Positions 37,598 through 48,400 of a stretch of 64,000 nucleotides of DNA are shown one piece after another. The position numbers were made by a program, and so were the translations under genes. The notes under the pieces were generated by a model. It saw only the letters and a list, made by a program, of their open reading frames with translations, had not been told where the DNA came from and did no database searches. The stretch is from an uncultured Phycisphaeraceae bacterium (GTDB lineage Bacteria > Planctomycetota > Phycisphaerae > Phycisphaerales > UBA1924), in assembly GCA_964640595.1 (NCBI GenBank), contig CAZXGL010000019.1, forward strand, positions 5,075 through 69,074, written 5' to 3'. Each line of letters begins with the position of its first letter. Positions within the stretch are counted from its first letter, which is position 1.

Positions 37598-38743
37598 TTA
37601 TCCCGGGTTCTCAACCCCGACACGGAAGGTCAGCTCGGGCGGGGGTGATGCATCGTTGGCCACCGCTTCCGTGCGCCAGCAACCAACCCAGTGGTCGGGC
37701 TTGACGAGCTTGAGGGCGTAGTCACCCGCGGGCTCCGGCCGAGCCTTGAGATCCTTGGGTGGTTCGTGCCAGGGCCACCAGGGAGTGACGCCCTGCTCGG
37801 CACCGGGGAGTTTCTTGAACTCAGCCGGATTCTCGACCACTTCCTTGATGGTGACAAGGCGGTCGTGGCGTTCGTGGATCTTGGGAATGCTGGCGAGCAG
37901 GCCGCGGGTGTAGGGGTGCATGGGGTTATCGAAGAGTTCATAGACATTGGCGAACTCGACGATGCGACCGGCATACATCACACAGACGACATCGGCGTTC
38001 TCTGCAACGACGCCCAGGTCGTGCGTGATGAGCATGACGGCCATGTCGCGGGTGGACTTGAGACCCTTGAGCAACTCCAGGATCTGGGCCTGGATGGTGA
38101 CATCGAGGGCGGTGGTCGGCTCGTCGGCGAGCAGGAGGCGCGGCTGGCAGGCGAGCGCCATGGCGATCATGACGCGTTGACGCATACCGCCGGAGAACTG
38201 GTGGGGGTAGGCCTTCAGACGCTTCTCAGGATCGGGAATGCCGACATCCTTCATCGCCTTGATGGCGATCTCCGCGGCTTCCTTGGCGCTGACATCCTGG
38301 TGAAGGAGGATAGCCTCCATGATCTGATCGCCAACGGTGTAGACCGGATTGAGGCTGGTCATCGGCTCCTGGAAGATCATGGCGATCTCGTTGCCGCGGA
38401 TCTTGCGCATCTCGGACTCGGAGAGTTCGAGGAGGTTGACCACACGCCCACCGTCCTTGTCACCGAGACGGAAGAGGATCTCTCCACGGTCGAAACGCCC
38501 CGGCGGCCGGGGGATCAACTGCATGGAGGACATGGCGGTGACGGACTTGCCGCAGCCGGACTCGCCCACCACGGCGAGGGTCTGACGGGGGAAGACGGTC
38601 ATCCGCACGCCGTCCACGGCCTGGATGCGCGGACCCGAGCCGTTGTCGAAGGACACGGCCAGGTTTTTGACCTGCATGATGGGCTGCTCGGCCGTGGCAG
38701 GAGCGGCGTGATTGGTCGGCTTGCTGGCGGTCGCCTCGGGCAT
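37598..38743 (-). CDS. ABC transporter ATP-binding protein, OppD/DppD-like
   Basis: Walker [10 protein letters not shown], signature [15 protein letters not shown], Walker [13 protein letters not shown], and an oligopeptide-type C-terminal extension. Confidence 0.9.
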   Translation of the reverse strand: MPEATASKPTNHAAPATAEQPIMQVKNLAVSFDNGSGPRIQAVDGVRMTVFPRQTLAVVGESGCGKSVTAMSSMQLIPRPPGRFDRGEILFRLGDKDGGRVVNLLELSESEMRKIRGNEIAMIFQEPMTSLNPVYTVGDQIMEAILLHQDVSAKEAAEIAIKAMKDVGIPDPEKRLKAYPHQFSGGMRQRVMIAMALACQPRLLLADEPTTALDVTIQAQILELLKGLKSTRDMAVMLITHDLGVVAENADVVCVMYAGRIVEFANVYELFDNPMHPYTRGLLASIPKIHERHDRLVTIKEVVENPAEFKKLPGAEQGVTPWWPWHEPPKDLKARPEPAGDYALKLVKPDHWVGCWRTEAVANDASPPPELTFRVGVENPG

Positions 38744-38758
38744 GATGAGAACCTCCGC

Positions 38759-40456
38759 TTAGACGCGGGCCTTCTTGAGCTTGGGGTCGATGGCGTCGCG
38801 GAGCGCTTCGCCGATGAGGTTGTATGAAAGAGCGGTCAGAAAAATGGCCCCACCGGGGAAGATGGCCAACCACCACATATAACCGCCGGCATCGCCGATG
38901 GAGTTGGAAAGCAGCTTACCCCAGCTCGCCTGATCCGGTGGCCCCAGACCGAGGAAGCTGAGGATCGCTTCGATCAGGATCGCCGCGGCGATGGCGAAAG
39001 AAGTGTCCACCAATACCGGGGTGACGCCGTTGGGCAGCATGTGCCGAAAAAGAATCGACCAGAGCGGCAGACCGGTCGCCCGCGCCGCCTGGATGTAATC
39101 GGCGTTGCGTAGCTTCATGAACTCAGCCCGAGTAAACCGGGCCGCTCCGGTCCATGTGAAACAACCCAGGATGGCCATCATAAAATAGATGTTGCGAGGC
39201 AGAACGCCCGCCGCCACGATGAGCACGAATAGCACAGGGATGGCCATGAATATCTCGACGACCCGGTAGAGCAGCAGGTCGATCCAGCCACCAAAATAAC
39301 CCATGATCGCACCGATGGTCACACCGATCAAAACAGCGATGCCTGTGGAGACGAAGCCGATGGAGATTGATAGTCGCGACGCGTGGAGCATCTGGCTCAG
39401 CACATCCTGGCCGAGGGTATCGGTTCCAAGGAGGTGCATCGGCGCATCGGCATCCAACAAGAACTCTCGGAGGTCTTTGAGCGTGACGAGACTGCCTGAA
39501 TCCATGGCTGCGATCGCCTCGGACAGGATGTCTTCAACCGGCACGGAAAGGAGGTCCGCTACTGACCCCGAAACCCGACGCATCACTTGGATCTGCGTTT
39601 CAGAAGCGGGAATCGTGGCCAGCTCTTCATCGGAATAAACCGTGATGCGTGAATCAGCGACCAGAAGTTGCCGCTCTGTCAGATTCCACCAGGCATGCAT
39701 GGGAGTCGTGCCCGGAGGACGATTGAACATGACAGTGGCGCTCTGGTTGGGAGAGAACGGGACGAGCGTGTATATGGCGTTCGCGTTGGTCGTGGTCTCC
39801 AAGCGGCGGTAGTCGAAAACCCTGAGTTGCGGTGTCCACTTCCAACCGACAAGAACGGCGAAAAACACACCCAGAACGATGACCAGAGCAACCCTGGGCA
39901 GGCTGCGATACAGCAGGCCGCCAATGAGCAGGAACGGAACGCACGCCGTCAAAGCCACGAGACCGGCCGCGGTCGGAATGAACCAATCGCTCTGTCTTGC
40001 AGCCCTGACCCACTCCGAAGCGTCTCTGGCGGAAAAATGAGTCGCAACGACGGTGGCCAGGATGACCGTGATCGCGGCCTGGATACCGATGGCTATGCAT
40101 AGTCTCAGCCGGGCGGCGGTATCCAGTTTTCTTGCCAACAAGAAAATCACCGTGGACAGAAAAACCCAAGACAGAAGAGCGACATCGGAGGATTTAAGCG
40201 CAGTAATGAGCGGGGAGGTCACGCCTCCCCCGTCGCCCGCCGGACGAAAGACGACGGGGTGTCCCGAAGCGAACAACGGCGCGAACACAGCGAAGAACGA
40301 CACAAGGGCAATCCACGAGAGCCCGAAGATCGCCGCGGGGCGTTTGAGCACACGCGACCAAGCTTCCGCCCAGAAACCTTGGGCGGCCTGTTGGCCGACA
40401 CCCTGAGCAAGCTGGACGCCAGTGACGGACTGAGGTTGATTCTGAGGGGGAGTCAT
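38759..40456 (-). CDS. ABC transporter permease, OppC/DppC-like, with a long N-terminal multi-TM extension (565 aa)
   Basis: The C-terminal BPD_transp_1 domain has the EAA-like loop ADYIQAARATGLPLWSILFRHMLPN. ATGA overlap with the upstream permease gene. Confidence 0.85.
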   Translation of the reverse strand: MTPPQNQPQSVTGVQLAQGVGQQAAQGFWAEAWSRVLKRPAAIFGLSWIALVSFFAVFAPLFASGHPVVFRPAGDGGGVTSPLITALKSSDVALLSWVFLSTVIFLLARKLDTAARLRLCIAIGIQAAITVILATVVATHFSARDASEWVRAARQSDWFIPTAAGLVALTACVPFLLIGGLLYRSLPRVALVIVLGVFFAVLVGWKWTPQLRVFDYRRLETTTNANAIYTLVPFSPNQSATVMFNRPPGTTPMHAWWNLTERQLLVADSRITVYSDEELATIPASETQIQVMRRVSGSVADLLSVPVEDILSEAIAAMDSGSLVTLKDLREFLLDADAPMHLLGTDTLGQDVLSQMLHASRLSISIGFVSTGIAVLIGVTIGAIMGYFGGWIDLLLYRVVEIFMAIPVLFVLIVAAGVLPRNIYFMMAILGCFTWTGAARFTRAEFMKLRNADYIQAARATGLPLWSILFRHMLPNGVTPVLVDTSFAIAAAILIEAILSFLGLGPPDQASWGKLLSNSIGDAGGYMWWLAIFPGGAIFLTALSYNLIGEALRDAIDPKLKKARV

Positions 40457-41976
40457 TCGTAGCTGATCCTCGGATCGGCGATGGCATACAGAATGTCGGC
40501 CATGAGCAGAGCGAGCAGATTGACGGCTGAGATCATTAGTGTGTTGGCCAGCAGCAGCTCGCGGTCACGCTGAAAAATTGCGTCGAGGGTTAAGCTGCCC
40601 ATGCCCGGCACGGTAAAAATCTTCTCGATGACGACGGAACCGGCCAGCATCGCCGGAAAGATTGTCACAAACATTGTGATCAATGGAAGAAGTGAGTTGC
40701 GGAAGACATGCCGCATGACTATGTCCTTGGACGCAACCCCCTTGGCCTTGGCGGTGCGGACATAATCCATATTGAAGTTATCCAGCATCGCGGCGCGGGT
40801 CTGCTTGCTGAGGACCGCAAATCCGCCGTACACCAGACAGACGACGGGCAGGACCACATGCCAGAGCATATCGAGAACATATCCACGATGCCACACACCT
40901 TCCGACACCGTTGGAAGCCATGTAAATCGATCGGCGTTGGAGTCATGCAGCCCTGAGACCGGGAACCAGCCCAGATACTCATTGCTGGCCAAGTAGCCGA
41001 TCGCGAGCACACCCGCAAGAGGAATTGGGAACGACCACAACGCGATGAACATCGCGCCGCTCATTCTATCGAAGAAACCTCCCGAACGAACGGAAGCCCA
41101 CAGACCGCAGGGGATCGCGATGAAATAGATGATCGGTGTCGCGATCAAATTCAGCAGGATCGTCACGGGCATCGCATCACGAATCAGGTCGAGCACCGGT
41201 CGCGAGCGGCTGAACGCCACACCGAAGTCGGGCTTGGAGATCCAGATCCCGGGGAGGAGACCCACACCAGCCTCGGGGAAAGGCTTGGCCTCAAAGACTC
41301 GACGAAGATTCTCGCGTTCGAGCAGAGCGATCTCGTACGCGGCCATCATCAAGCCGCCAGCCTGCTGTATTCGGTCACTATCCGGAGCCTGATCGATCAC
41401 ACCCGCTTGCTCAATGCGATCGAAACGAAGTTTGCCCTGATCGTCCCGGATCCCTTGGAGGCCCTGACGCTCGGCAGCGGCACCGAGAAGGGTTTCCATG
41501 TCGGTACGAGTCTGGATCAGGGCCTGCCGCGCGTTGGCGTATACATTCGACTGGCGCCGATAGGCCCTTGCCCGTTCGGCGTCGGTGGCACCGGACTCGA
41601 ACACGAAAGGCTCGACCGCAGGAATAGCAGGTAGCTCATCCACGAAGCTTTCCCAGAGCGGCGGCGTCTTGACAGCCTTGGGAGTCCGAATGAACTCTCC
41701 GGTGGGATCGATCTGATCGCGTGAACCGAACTTGACGGGGCTGACCCGGCCAAGCCAACGGACATACTGCACCAAGGGATGGTCATCCAGGCCGTAACGG
41801 TCCTCAAGATAGGCTTCCCGCAAAGCGCGACTGCTGGCCTCCATATCCCCACCGGCTACACGCAATGCGGCTCCGATGCCACCCGGACTCAGAGCGATCA
41901 GCATGAACACCAGCAGCGTGATCCCGATGAGGGTGGGGATCATCAGCAGCAGGCGTCGAAGAATATATGCGATCAT
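40453..41976 (-). CDS. ABC transporter permease, OppB/DppB-like, with a large insertion (507 aa)
   Basis: The N-terminus MIAYILRRLLLMIPTLIGITLLVFMLI is classic OppB. C-terminal part has DYVRTAKAKGVASKDIVMRHVFRNSL. Confidence 0.85.
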   Translation of the reverse strand: MIAYILRRLLLMIPTLIGITLLVFMLIALSPGGIGAALRVAGGDMEASSRALREAYLEDRYGLDDHPLVQYVRWLGRVSPVKFGSRDQIDPTGEFIRTPKAVKTPPLWESFVDELPAIPAVEPFVFESGATDAERARAYRRQSNVYANARQALIQTRTDMETLLGAAAERQGLQGIRDDQGKLRFDRIEQAGVIDQAPDSDRIQQAGGLMMAAYEIALLERENLRRVFEAKPFPEAGVGLLPGIWISKPDFGVAFSRSRPVLDLIRDAMPVTILLNLIATPIIYFIAIPCGLWASVRSGGFFDRMSGAMFIALWSFPIPLAGVLAIGYLASNEYLGWFPVSGLHDSNADRFTWLPTVSEGVWHRGYVLDMLWHVVLPVVCLVYGGFAVLSKQTRAAMLDNFNMDYVRTAKAKGVASKDIVMRHVFRNSLLPLITMFVTIFPAMLAGSVVIEKIFTVPGMGSLTLDAIFQRDRELLLANTLMISAVNLLALLMADILYAIADPRISYE

Positions 41977-41993
41977 GCCTGTGCCCTTCTCTG

Positions 41994-43859
41994 TCAGTTG
42001 GTCGGAGCAAGGTAGAACTCGCGCTGCTCAAGGCCCGAAGCATAAGGGTAGACATTCTCGAACTTCGGGCTGATAAATCTCAGCCAAGGCGACACGCGCA
42101 TGAATGTGTACGGCTGTTCTTCGTGCGCCAACCGGTGCAGCTCATGAAAATGTTTCATGCGCTCCTCGGGGTCGAGGGTGGCCTTGATTCTGTCGATGAT
42201 CGGACCTTGACCAGCATCCCACTGGATGAAGTTATGGCCTTGGTTCTGCATCGAAGCGGGGTGCCAGATCTGCTTTGGGTCGCTTTCGGGTGAAGAAGCT
42301 GACCATCCCATAGTGACGGCATCGAAGTCGCGGCTCTTGAGAATTTGATCATACTGAGACCAGTCCACGATCCTCGGTGTGCAACGGATGCCCACGGATG
42401 CGCACTGGTCAACGAGATACTTCTGCAAGCGTTCGATCGCCTGGCCGCCCGAGGCTCTCGTGAACTCGAACACGAAATCATCGCCGTTCTCGTTCTCCAA
42501 GGTGCCGTCGCCGTTGCGGTCAATCCAGCCGGCTTCCGCAAGCAACTCCTTGGCCCGCACAGGGTCATATGGCCACGGTTCAATCGACGGATCCGCGGCG
42601 GGAGAAGGAGGGTTGTTCATACCCACGGCAACTTGCCCGATGCCCTCGTAGATGTCTCGGATGATCAACTCCCGATCGAGCAGCATGGTCATGGCTTGGC
42701 GGACACGCTTGTCATGGAAAGGGGTCAGCTTTCCATTGCGCGGTCCGCACTGCCAGCCGATAAACGAATAGCCCGAACGCATGTTCACCCAGTTCAATGA
42801 GTGGGCCTTGGTATCCCAGCCCGGTTCCCGGATTTTTTGGGCGAACTGTGACGAACTCGGCAGGATCATGTCCGTCTCGCCGTTCTGGAATGCTACCAAG
42901 CGAGCGATATCCTCCGTGATGCTGTAGTACCGCATCCGCTCGATCGCGGGTTTGAGGCCCCAGTACTGCTCATTGCGGACCAGCGTCACAATCTTTCCCG
43001 GTGTCCATTGATCCTCTGGATTGAGTGACTCGAGTTTGAACGGGCCGGAACCCATCGCCAGACCAGTGGACTGATTGATCTGTGGGGGGGTAAATTGCTC
43101 GTAAAAATGTTTGGGAAGAATATAGAACCCCAACGCTGCCTGGAGGTTGTACGCGTCAAGCTCCTTGAAATGAAACAGACAGACCTTCTCGGATATCACC
43201 TCGACAAGGCTGATCGAGGTCATGATCGAACGCAAAGAGGCTGTTTCCAGTTCGGGGTTGTTGATGTAATCATGGAAAGTCCAACGGACATCCTCGGCCG
43301 TAACTGGAGCGCCATCGGAAAATCGGGCGTTGTCGCGAATCTTGACGCGCACCCAGAGGCCCTTCGGGTCCATCTGCCAAGCCTCGGCGAGCAACCCACG
43401 CAGCTCCAATGTCACGGGATCCCGATTGGCCAGGGATTCGCAGATCTGATCCTGGATGCGGCGTCCATAAGTATCCTCGCCGAGAACCGGCGTGAACTTG
43501 GCGGTCTGGGCCTCGAAGACCTCGGTGAAGGTGCCGCCTATACGGAAGCCCTCTTTGCCGCGAGGATCCCTCGCGAAACTTGGCGCGGGTTGCCAACTGA
43601 TAGGGACCCCCTCGACCGCCCAAGACTCGTCCCGAGCCGCTGCGGAACCGACCCCGCCCGCCCCCGCGAAAACCACCCCGGATTCAAGCTTGGCTTCGAG
43701 CCGGGCGAGCGATTGTTCGAACGAGCTCATCTTGGCGACGATCGTCTGGTTCTGCTTCCACCGGCGGTCGTCCTGCCGCTGGGACATAAAAACCATGATC
43801 ACGACCACACTCACCAAGAACAGCAGTACGAAATCCTTGAGACCGAACTTGCTCTGCAT
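41994..43859 (-). CDS. ABC transporter substrate-binding protein, family 5 (OppA/DppA-like), membrane-anchored
   Basis: N-terminal TM anchor FVLLFLVSVVVIMVFM. SBP_bac_5-type length and motifs are visible (e.g. GSGPFKLES..., GWSASSPESDP). Confidence 0.8.
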   Translation of the reverse strand: MQSKFGLKDFVLLFLVSVVVIMVFMSQRQDDRRWKQNQTIVAKMSSFEQSLARLEAKLESGVVFAGAGGVGSAAARDESWAVEGVPISWQPAPSFARDPRGKEGFRIGGTFTEVFEAQTAKFTPVLGEDTYGRRIQDQICESLANRDPVTLELRGLLAEAWQMDPKGLWVRVKIRDNARFSDGAPVTAEDVRWTFHDYINNPELETASLRSIMTSISLVEVISEKVCLFHFKELDAYNLQAALGFYILPKHFYEQFTPPQINQSTGLAMGSGPFKLESLNPEDQWTPGKIVTLVRNEQYWGLKPAIERMRYYSITEDIARLVAFQNGETDMILPSSSQFAQKIREPGWDTKAHSLNWVNMRSGYSFIGWQCGPRNGKLTPFHDKRVRQAMTMLLDRELIIRDIYEGIGQVAVGMNNPPSPAADPSIEPWPYDPVRAKELLAEAGWIDRNGDGTLENENGDDFVFEFTRASGGQAIERLQKYLVDQCASVGIRCTPRIVDWSQYDQILKSRDFDAVTMGWSASSPESDPKQIWHPASMQNQGHNFIQWDAGQGPIIDRIKATLDPEERMKHFHELHRLAHEEQPYTFMRVSPWLRFISPKFENVYPYASGLEQREFYLAPTN

Positions 43860-43913
43860 GCGTCCCTCACACTCAGGATCACCCGGAACGGGCGGGGGTG
43901 GCCCCTAGTCTAG

Positions 43914-45233
43914 TCATCGCCTTCGCTTGGGATCGAATGCCTCGCGTAAACCTTCGCCGACGAAGTTCATCGCGAGCAGGGTCAGTCCCAGCAGCAGGCA
44001 GGGGAAGAAGAGCAGCCACCAGTGGCTGCGGGTCAGATTCAACTCCGAGAGGCCGTCGGCGGCGAGGTTGCCCCAGCTTGGCAGCGGGGGTTTGACGCCG
44101 ATGCCGAGGAAACTCAGGAAGCTTTCCTGCAGAATCGCCTGCGGCACAGCCAGCGTGGCGTAGACCACGATCGGGCCGATCAGGTTTGGCAACAAGTGCT
44201 TAAGGAAAATCCGTCGCTTGGGGCTGCCGACGGAGCGGGCGGCCTCGACGAATGGCTGGTTCTTCAGGCTCAGCACCTGACCCCGGATGACGCGGGCCAT
44301 CGTGAGCCAACTGACGCCGCCGATGGCGATGAGCAGGGTGGCGACATCCAGAAAAGTGCGCCGACCCTCGGAAAGATCCCGCCTTGGGTAGATCCGCGCA
44401 GCCTCAGAGGCCAGGGAACTTTCGAGAACCGGATCACGGAGCAGGGCAGTGCGGGCCTGAGAAGAGGTGATGGTTTCACCCTCGGCGGCCGCCGCCTGGA
44501 CAACCCGCTGCTCCATCCACGACTGCTTGGCCCTCGATCGGCTGACCCACTCGTCCACCAGGGCGTCGCTGGCGACGGCCAGCAGCACGACGAGCAGGAT
44601 GTAGGGCAGGCCGTAGAGGATGTCCACGACCCGCATCATGGCCGAATCGAGCCGCCCCCCGGCATACCCGGCGATGGCCCCATAGACGGTGCCGATGCAA
44701 ACGGAGATCAGAGCGGCGGACAGGCCAATGGCCAGTGAGATCCCGCCCCCGGCGAGGAGACGGACCCCGAGCGAGCGTCCAAGGGTGTCCGAGCCGAGGA
44801 AGAAACTCGGCCAGGCATCCCGGAGTTCGGGCGGGGCATCAAGCCCGGAACGGAACAGGTCGTCGGTGTCCAAGCCCGTCTCCACGGCTACCCGGGCGAG
44901 GTTGTCCTCCGATACGGCTGCGGTGGCCCGTTCGGCATCCCGTGCGTCGTACCCCCACCAGGAGGGGGGCAGCCGGCCCTCGCGGGGAGCGCCCGCATCG
45001 TACCTCGGGACGGCGGAATCACCCACCGTACCCAGGGTCCAAGGGAGCGTTCCGAGGCAGAGAGCGAACATCAGAGCAAGAAAGGCCAGCCCGACCAGAC
45101 CGATGGGAGAGCGGGTCAGGGGGTTGTCGCGTGCGCGAGCCGGGGCGGACATGGCCGGCACGGAGAGGGGCTGGGTTGGTCGGCCGCCCGCGACGGCCCC
45201 AGGGGGGGCGGCGGACGGGGACGGCTTGCTCAT
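43914..45233 (-). CDS. second OppC-like ABC permease with an internal insertion
   Basis: I use ATG 45233 because the longer track ORF overlaps tRNA-Pro. C-terminal part has FVEAARSVGSPKRRIFLKHLLPN...LSFLGIGVKPP. Confidence 0.8.
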   Translation of the reverse strand: MSKPSPSAAPPGAVAGGRPTQPLSVPAMSAPARARDNPLTRSPIGLVGLAFLALMFALCLGTLPWTLGTVGDSAVPRYDAGAPREGRLPPSWWGYDARDAERATAAVSEDNLARVAVETGLDTDDLFRSGLDAPPELRDAWPSFFLGSDTLGRSLGVRLLAGGGISLAIGLSAALISVCIGTVYGAIAGYAGGRLDSAMMRVVDILYGLPYILLVVLLAVASDALVDEWVSRSRAKQSWMEQRVVQAAAAEGETITSSQARTALLRDPVLESSLASEAARIYPRRDLSEGRRTFLDVATLLIAIGGVSWLTMARVIRGQVLSLKNQPFVEAARSVGSPKRRIFLKHLLPNLIGPIVVYATLAVPQAILQESFLSFLGIGVKPPLPSWGNLAADGLSELNLTRSHWWLLFFPCLLLGLTLLAMNFVGEGLREAFDPKRRR

Positions 45234-45316
45234 GGAGGACACCTTACCCGGATCCGGATTCGATTGCACACCGCGGGAACGGATGCGGGCTGACAGGAAA
45301 AACTGGAAAATCGTCG

Positions 45317-45341
45317 AAAAGAAAAAGCCCCGAAACGGGGC
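45317..45341 (-). terminator. rho-independent terminator after tRNA-Pro
   Basis: Minus strand reads GCCCCG-ttt-CGGGGC followed by TTTTTCTTTT. Confidence 0.7.
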
Positions 45342-45351
45342 CTTCATTGAA

Positions 45352-45425
45352 TCAGGGCGACAGGATTTGAACCTGCGGCCTCGTGGTCCCAAACCACGCG
45401 CTCTACCAAGCTGAGCTACGCCCTG
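45352..45425 (-). tRNA. tRNA-Pro (anticodon UGG)
   Basis: Reverse complement is CAGGGCGTAGCTCAGCTTGGTAGAGCGCGTGGTTTGGGACCACGAGGCCGCAGGTTCAAATCCTGTCGCCCTGA. Anticodon loop TTTGGGA. C1-G72 pair is typical of tRNA-Pro. Confidence 0.85.
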
Positions 45426-45437
45426 CAGGACGGGGTT

Positions 45438-45471
45438 CTCCCCGGCGGGTCAGTGTATCCCCGCCGGGGAG
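45438..45471 (-). terminator. 12-bp GC-rich hairpin immediately after the giant gene stop (terminator-like, no clear U-run on the minus strand)
   Basis: Stem is ctccccggcggg / cccgccggggag with a 10-nt loop. Confidence 0.4.
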
Positions 45472-45482
45472 GCTTTTGGAGG

Positions 45483-48400
45483 TCAGAGCGGGAGTTCCTT
45501 GAAGAGGACGATACGCGGCGCGTCGGTGGGCTCGATGACATTGGAGCGATCGATGACCATCAGGTAACGGCGTTTGAAGGAGGGGACCAGGGGATCCTCG
45601 GGGCGGAGGCCGTTGACATCGCTCTCGCGGAAGCCCTGGATGACGAACCAGGCCGCGAAGTAGTCCGAGCGGACGGAGGTGGTATTCATGATGCCCGCGG
45701 CCAGAGCGAGGCGTTCGGCATAGTCGTCCTCGGTCACACCGGGCTGGCCGGAGGTGAGCTTGGGATCGATACCGACGCGATCGGTATCCGAACTGCCAGA
45801 TGCACCGAGATTGCGGCCGTCACCATAGTAGGCCTGGATGGTCAGATGGCGGCGCTGGGCGGGAGAGAGAGATGTGTCACGCTCGTCGATGGAGACGGCG
45901 AGGAGTTCACCGAGCGAGGCAAACATGGGAGAACCTCGCAGACCGGGGATGCCGGAGATGGTGGCGCGTTCGACGGCGGTACCGCTCTGCTCCGATCTCA
46001 AGTTCGTGGCAAGCTGGAAGGTGTTCCCTTGGGGTGGGAGATAGCTCAGCGGCTGGGCTGGGTCAAATGATCTCGCACGCGGTGTGGCGACCATGCGGTC
46101 GCGATAGGCCGCGATGCCAGCCGCAGCATCGGGGTTATCAGCGATGGTACTCGGCTGAAGCTGAGCGACATTCAACTCGGAAGCGTTTGCAATGCCGGAC
46201 TGAGCCGCCCACCATTCGGGGGCCAGTGTGCCGCTGGATTCACTGGCACGGTAGGGCTGAGCACTAGGGCTCAGGCCGGGGAGCAGACGGAGCACCTTGA
46301 GCGGAGCCGTCTGGACATTGACCAGCCCCATGACGGGACGGGTCAAGGGCAGGAGGTCTTTCTTATCCGGGGGAAGAGTGGCATCACCTGGCAGTGCAAG
46401 TACATCGAAGGGGCGGAGTTGGTCGATCACGGTGAGGGCCAAGGGAACCCCTGCACCACGACGGAAATCACCAGCCAAACTCTGATCGCTGGTGAAGACT
46501 GGACGGCCGGTAGAGCCAGTCTCATTGGTGGGACGGATGACATTCAGGAAGGGGACATAGTCATCCAGGCGGAGGTGGAGATTGTCGAGGACATACTCGT
46601 TCGGCCTCGTCGGACCAGCACCTGGGGTTTGGCGGACGGCATCAAACCAGACATGATTGGCGGCCTCCGGCTCGGATGAGAACGGCGCATTGCTTTCATA
46701 ACCGAATGCCATCGCAAAGGCCTCGGTCAGTGTCATCCACTCCGAATCCTCCAGTTCCGCGCTGGTGGGGTCTCGGGTGATATCCGGTGCCCATGTGGGA
46801 CCAATTCCCATTGACATCAACGCATCACCGATGCGGCTCGCATTGGCGTTGCTGCCAAGCACGATCTCCGGATTGAGATTGTCGGATTGCAGCGTGTGAA
46901 ACACATGATTGGATCCAAGTCCGATCCGTTCAAAGCGATCCCCAACGGTGGCGTCTTGCCTGTTATCCGATTTTTGGAAGGGGCTCTTTGCAATGGACGG
47001 AACGACACGATAAGTCGCGGCCGACCCGAGACCGCGATTAATCAAATTCATGGGGTGATAAGCCAGATCATATCGATCCTGATTGGTTCTGCGACGACGG
47101 ACCGTCGTAGTGGTGTATGACGGATCCGCCCCTTCCGTGCACACTTCGAAGAAAAGGCTGATATCAAGCTGATCATCAAACGCCTGTTCGATCGCGCCCG
47201 GATGGCCCGCCTTGTTTGTCTTACGGATCCAAGTGAGATCCGGCTGGGTTCGAGACTGAATCATCCACGGATAAATGACACCGGGATTATTGATGTTCTC
47301 GCCGTCAGCCGCCAAATGATCTCGCCTGCGAACAGTCGCCCATCGCATGACACTCAATCCTGCGTTATCATTGCGTGGCGAGCAGTCGTCCCTGCTGTTG
47401 TTGAAATTTTCCTGGAATGAAACTGTGCCTGTGATTCTCCCATCACCCGATCCGTCCAGAGCAACATCCAGATATGAAGTGCCCGAGGACTGATCACCAA
47501 GGAAGAGACGATCGACAAGAATGTCGTTCTGGACAATGTTGCGACGACTTCCGCGGGGATGGGTCTGAAGGGAAAAGTCCGTGGCTTCCTCGTAGTTGCC
47601 GGACTGAGGTTGCTGTTCATCAACAAGTGTGAACTTACGCCACAAGCGAACCTGATTAGGCTGCGGATCGCGTCCGGTCACTGTGGAAAGAGTTCCGGGA
47701 GTGCCAATGATATCTGCGAACTGTGGATTGGTATCCGCATCGCCGGTACGCGGGTCCACAAGCCGCCCGGAGGTCGGATCAAAGGCGTGGATGCGGACCC
47801 CGGGACCATCCCCCATGACACTGAGTTGGTTCTCGATCCATTCCTGAGCGAGACCCGTCCAGCCCTTGCTATCTCCTCCATCAATGAGCCCATCGTTGTC
47901 GTGGTCATTGCTTGGGTCCGTGAACTGAGTTGGGAGAGGATCGCCGTAGGAAGTGGCAACACGGTTCCACTTGAACTCAAGCCCTGTCGGATCGTTCACA
48001 TCATGGCCCTCGAACCGGGCGTGGGACATCGCATAGAAAACGCGCGTCTGACCGGGAGCCAGAATGATATTGCGGTACTGAAACTCTTCGTAGGTCCGAT
48101 CCAAACGCTCACCCGGATTCGGAATCAAACTCGAGTTTCCGCCAGCCTCATTGATTTGTGTCACCTCATCAGGGCCGAATCCGTCGGCCGAATCCGCGGA
48201 CGGAGTGTACTCCCAGAACTCGCCAAGCTTGAAGTACCGTCCGTTATATTCGATGTAGTAATCAAACTGAAGATTATTGTTGTGATTAAAATGATTCCCA
48301 TTGTCCCCCACACGCCACATGATGTCGCGCGGGCCTACATCTTCAGCCCGTCCACCAAGCGAGATCGCCACATCCCAAGGGTTATGAATCTGGAATGCAA

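Noticed and set aside
45234-45392. Upstream extension of the OppC-like permease ORF (track 43914..45392)
   Set aside because: It overlaps tRNA-Pro and its terminator, so I use the internal ATG 45233.
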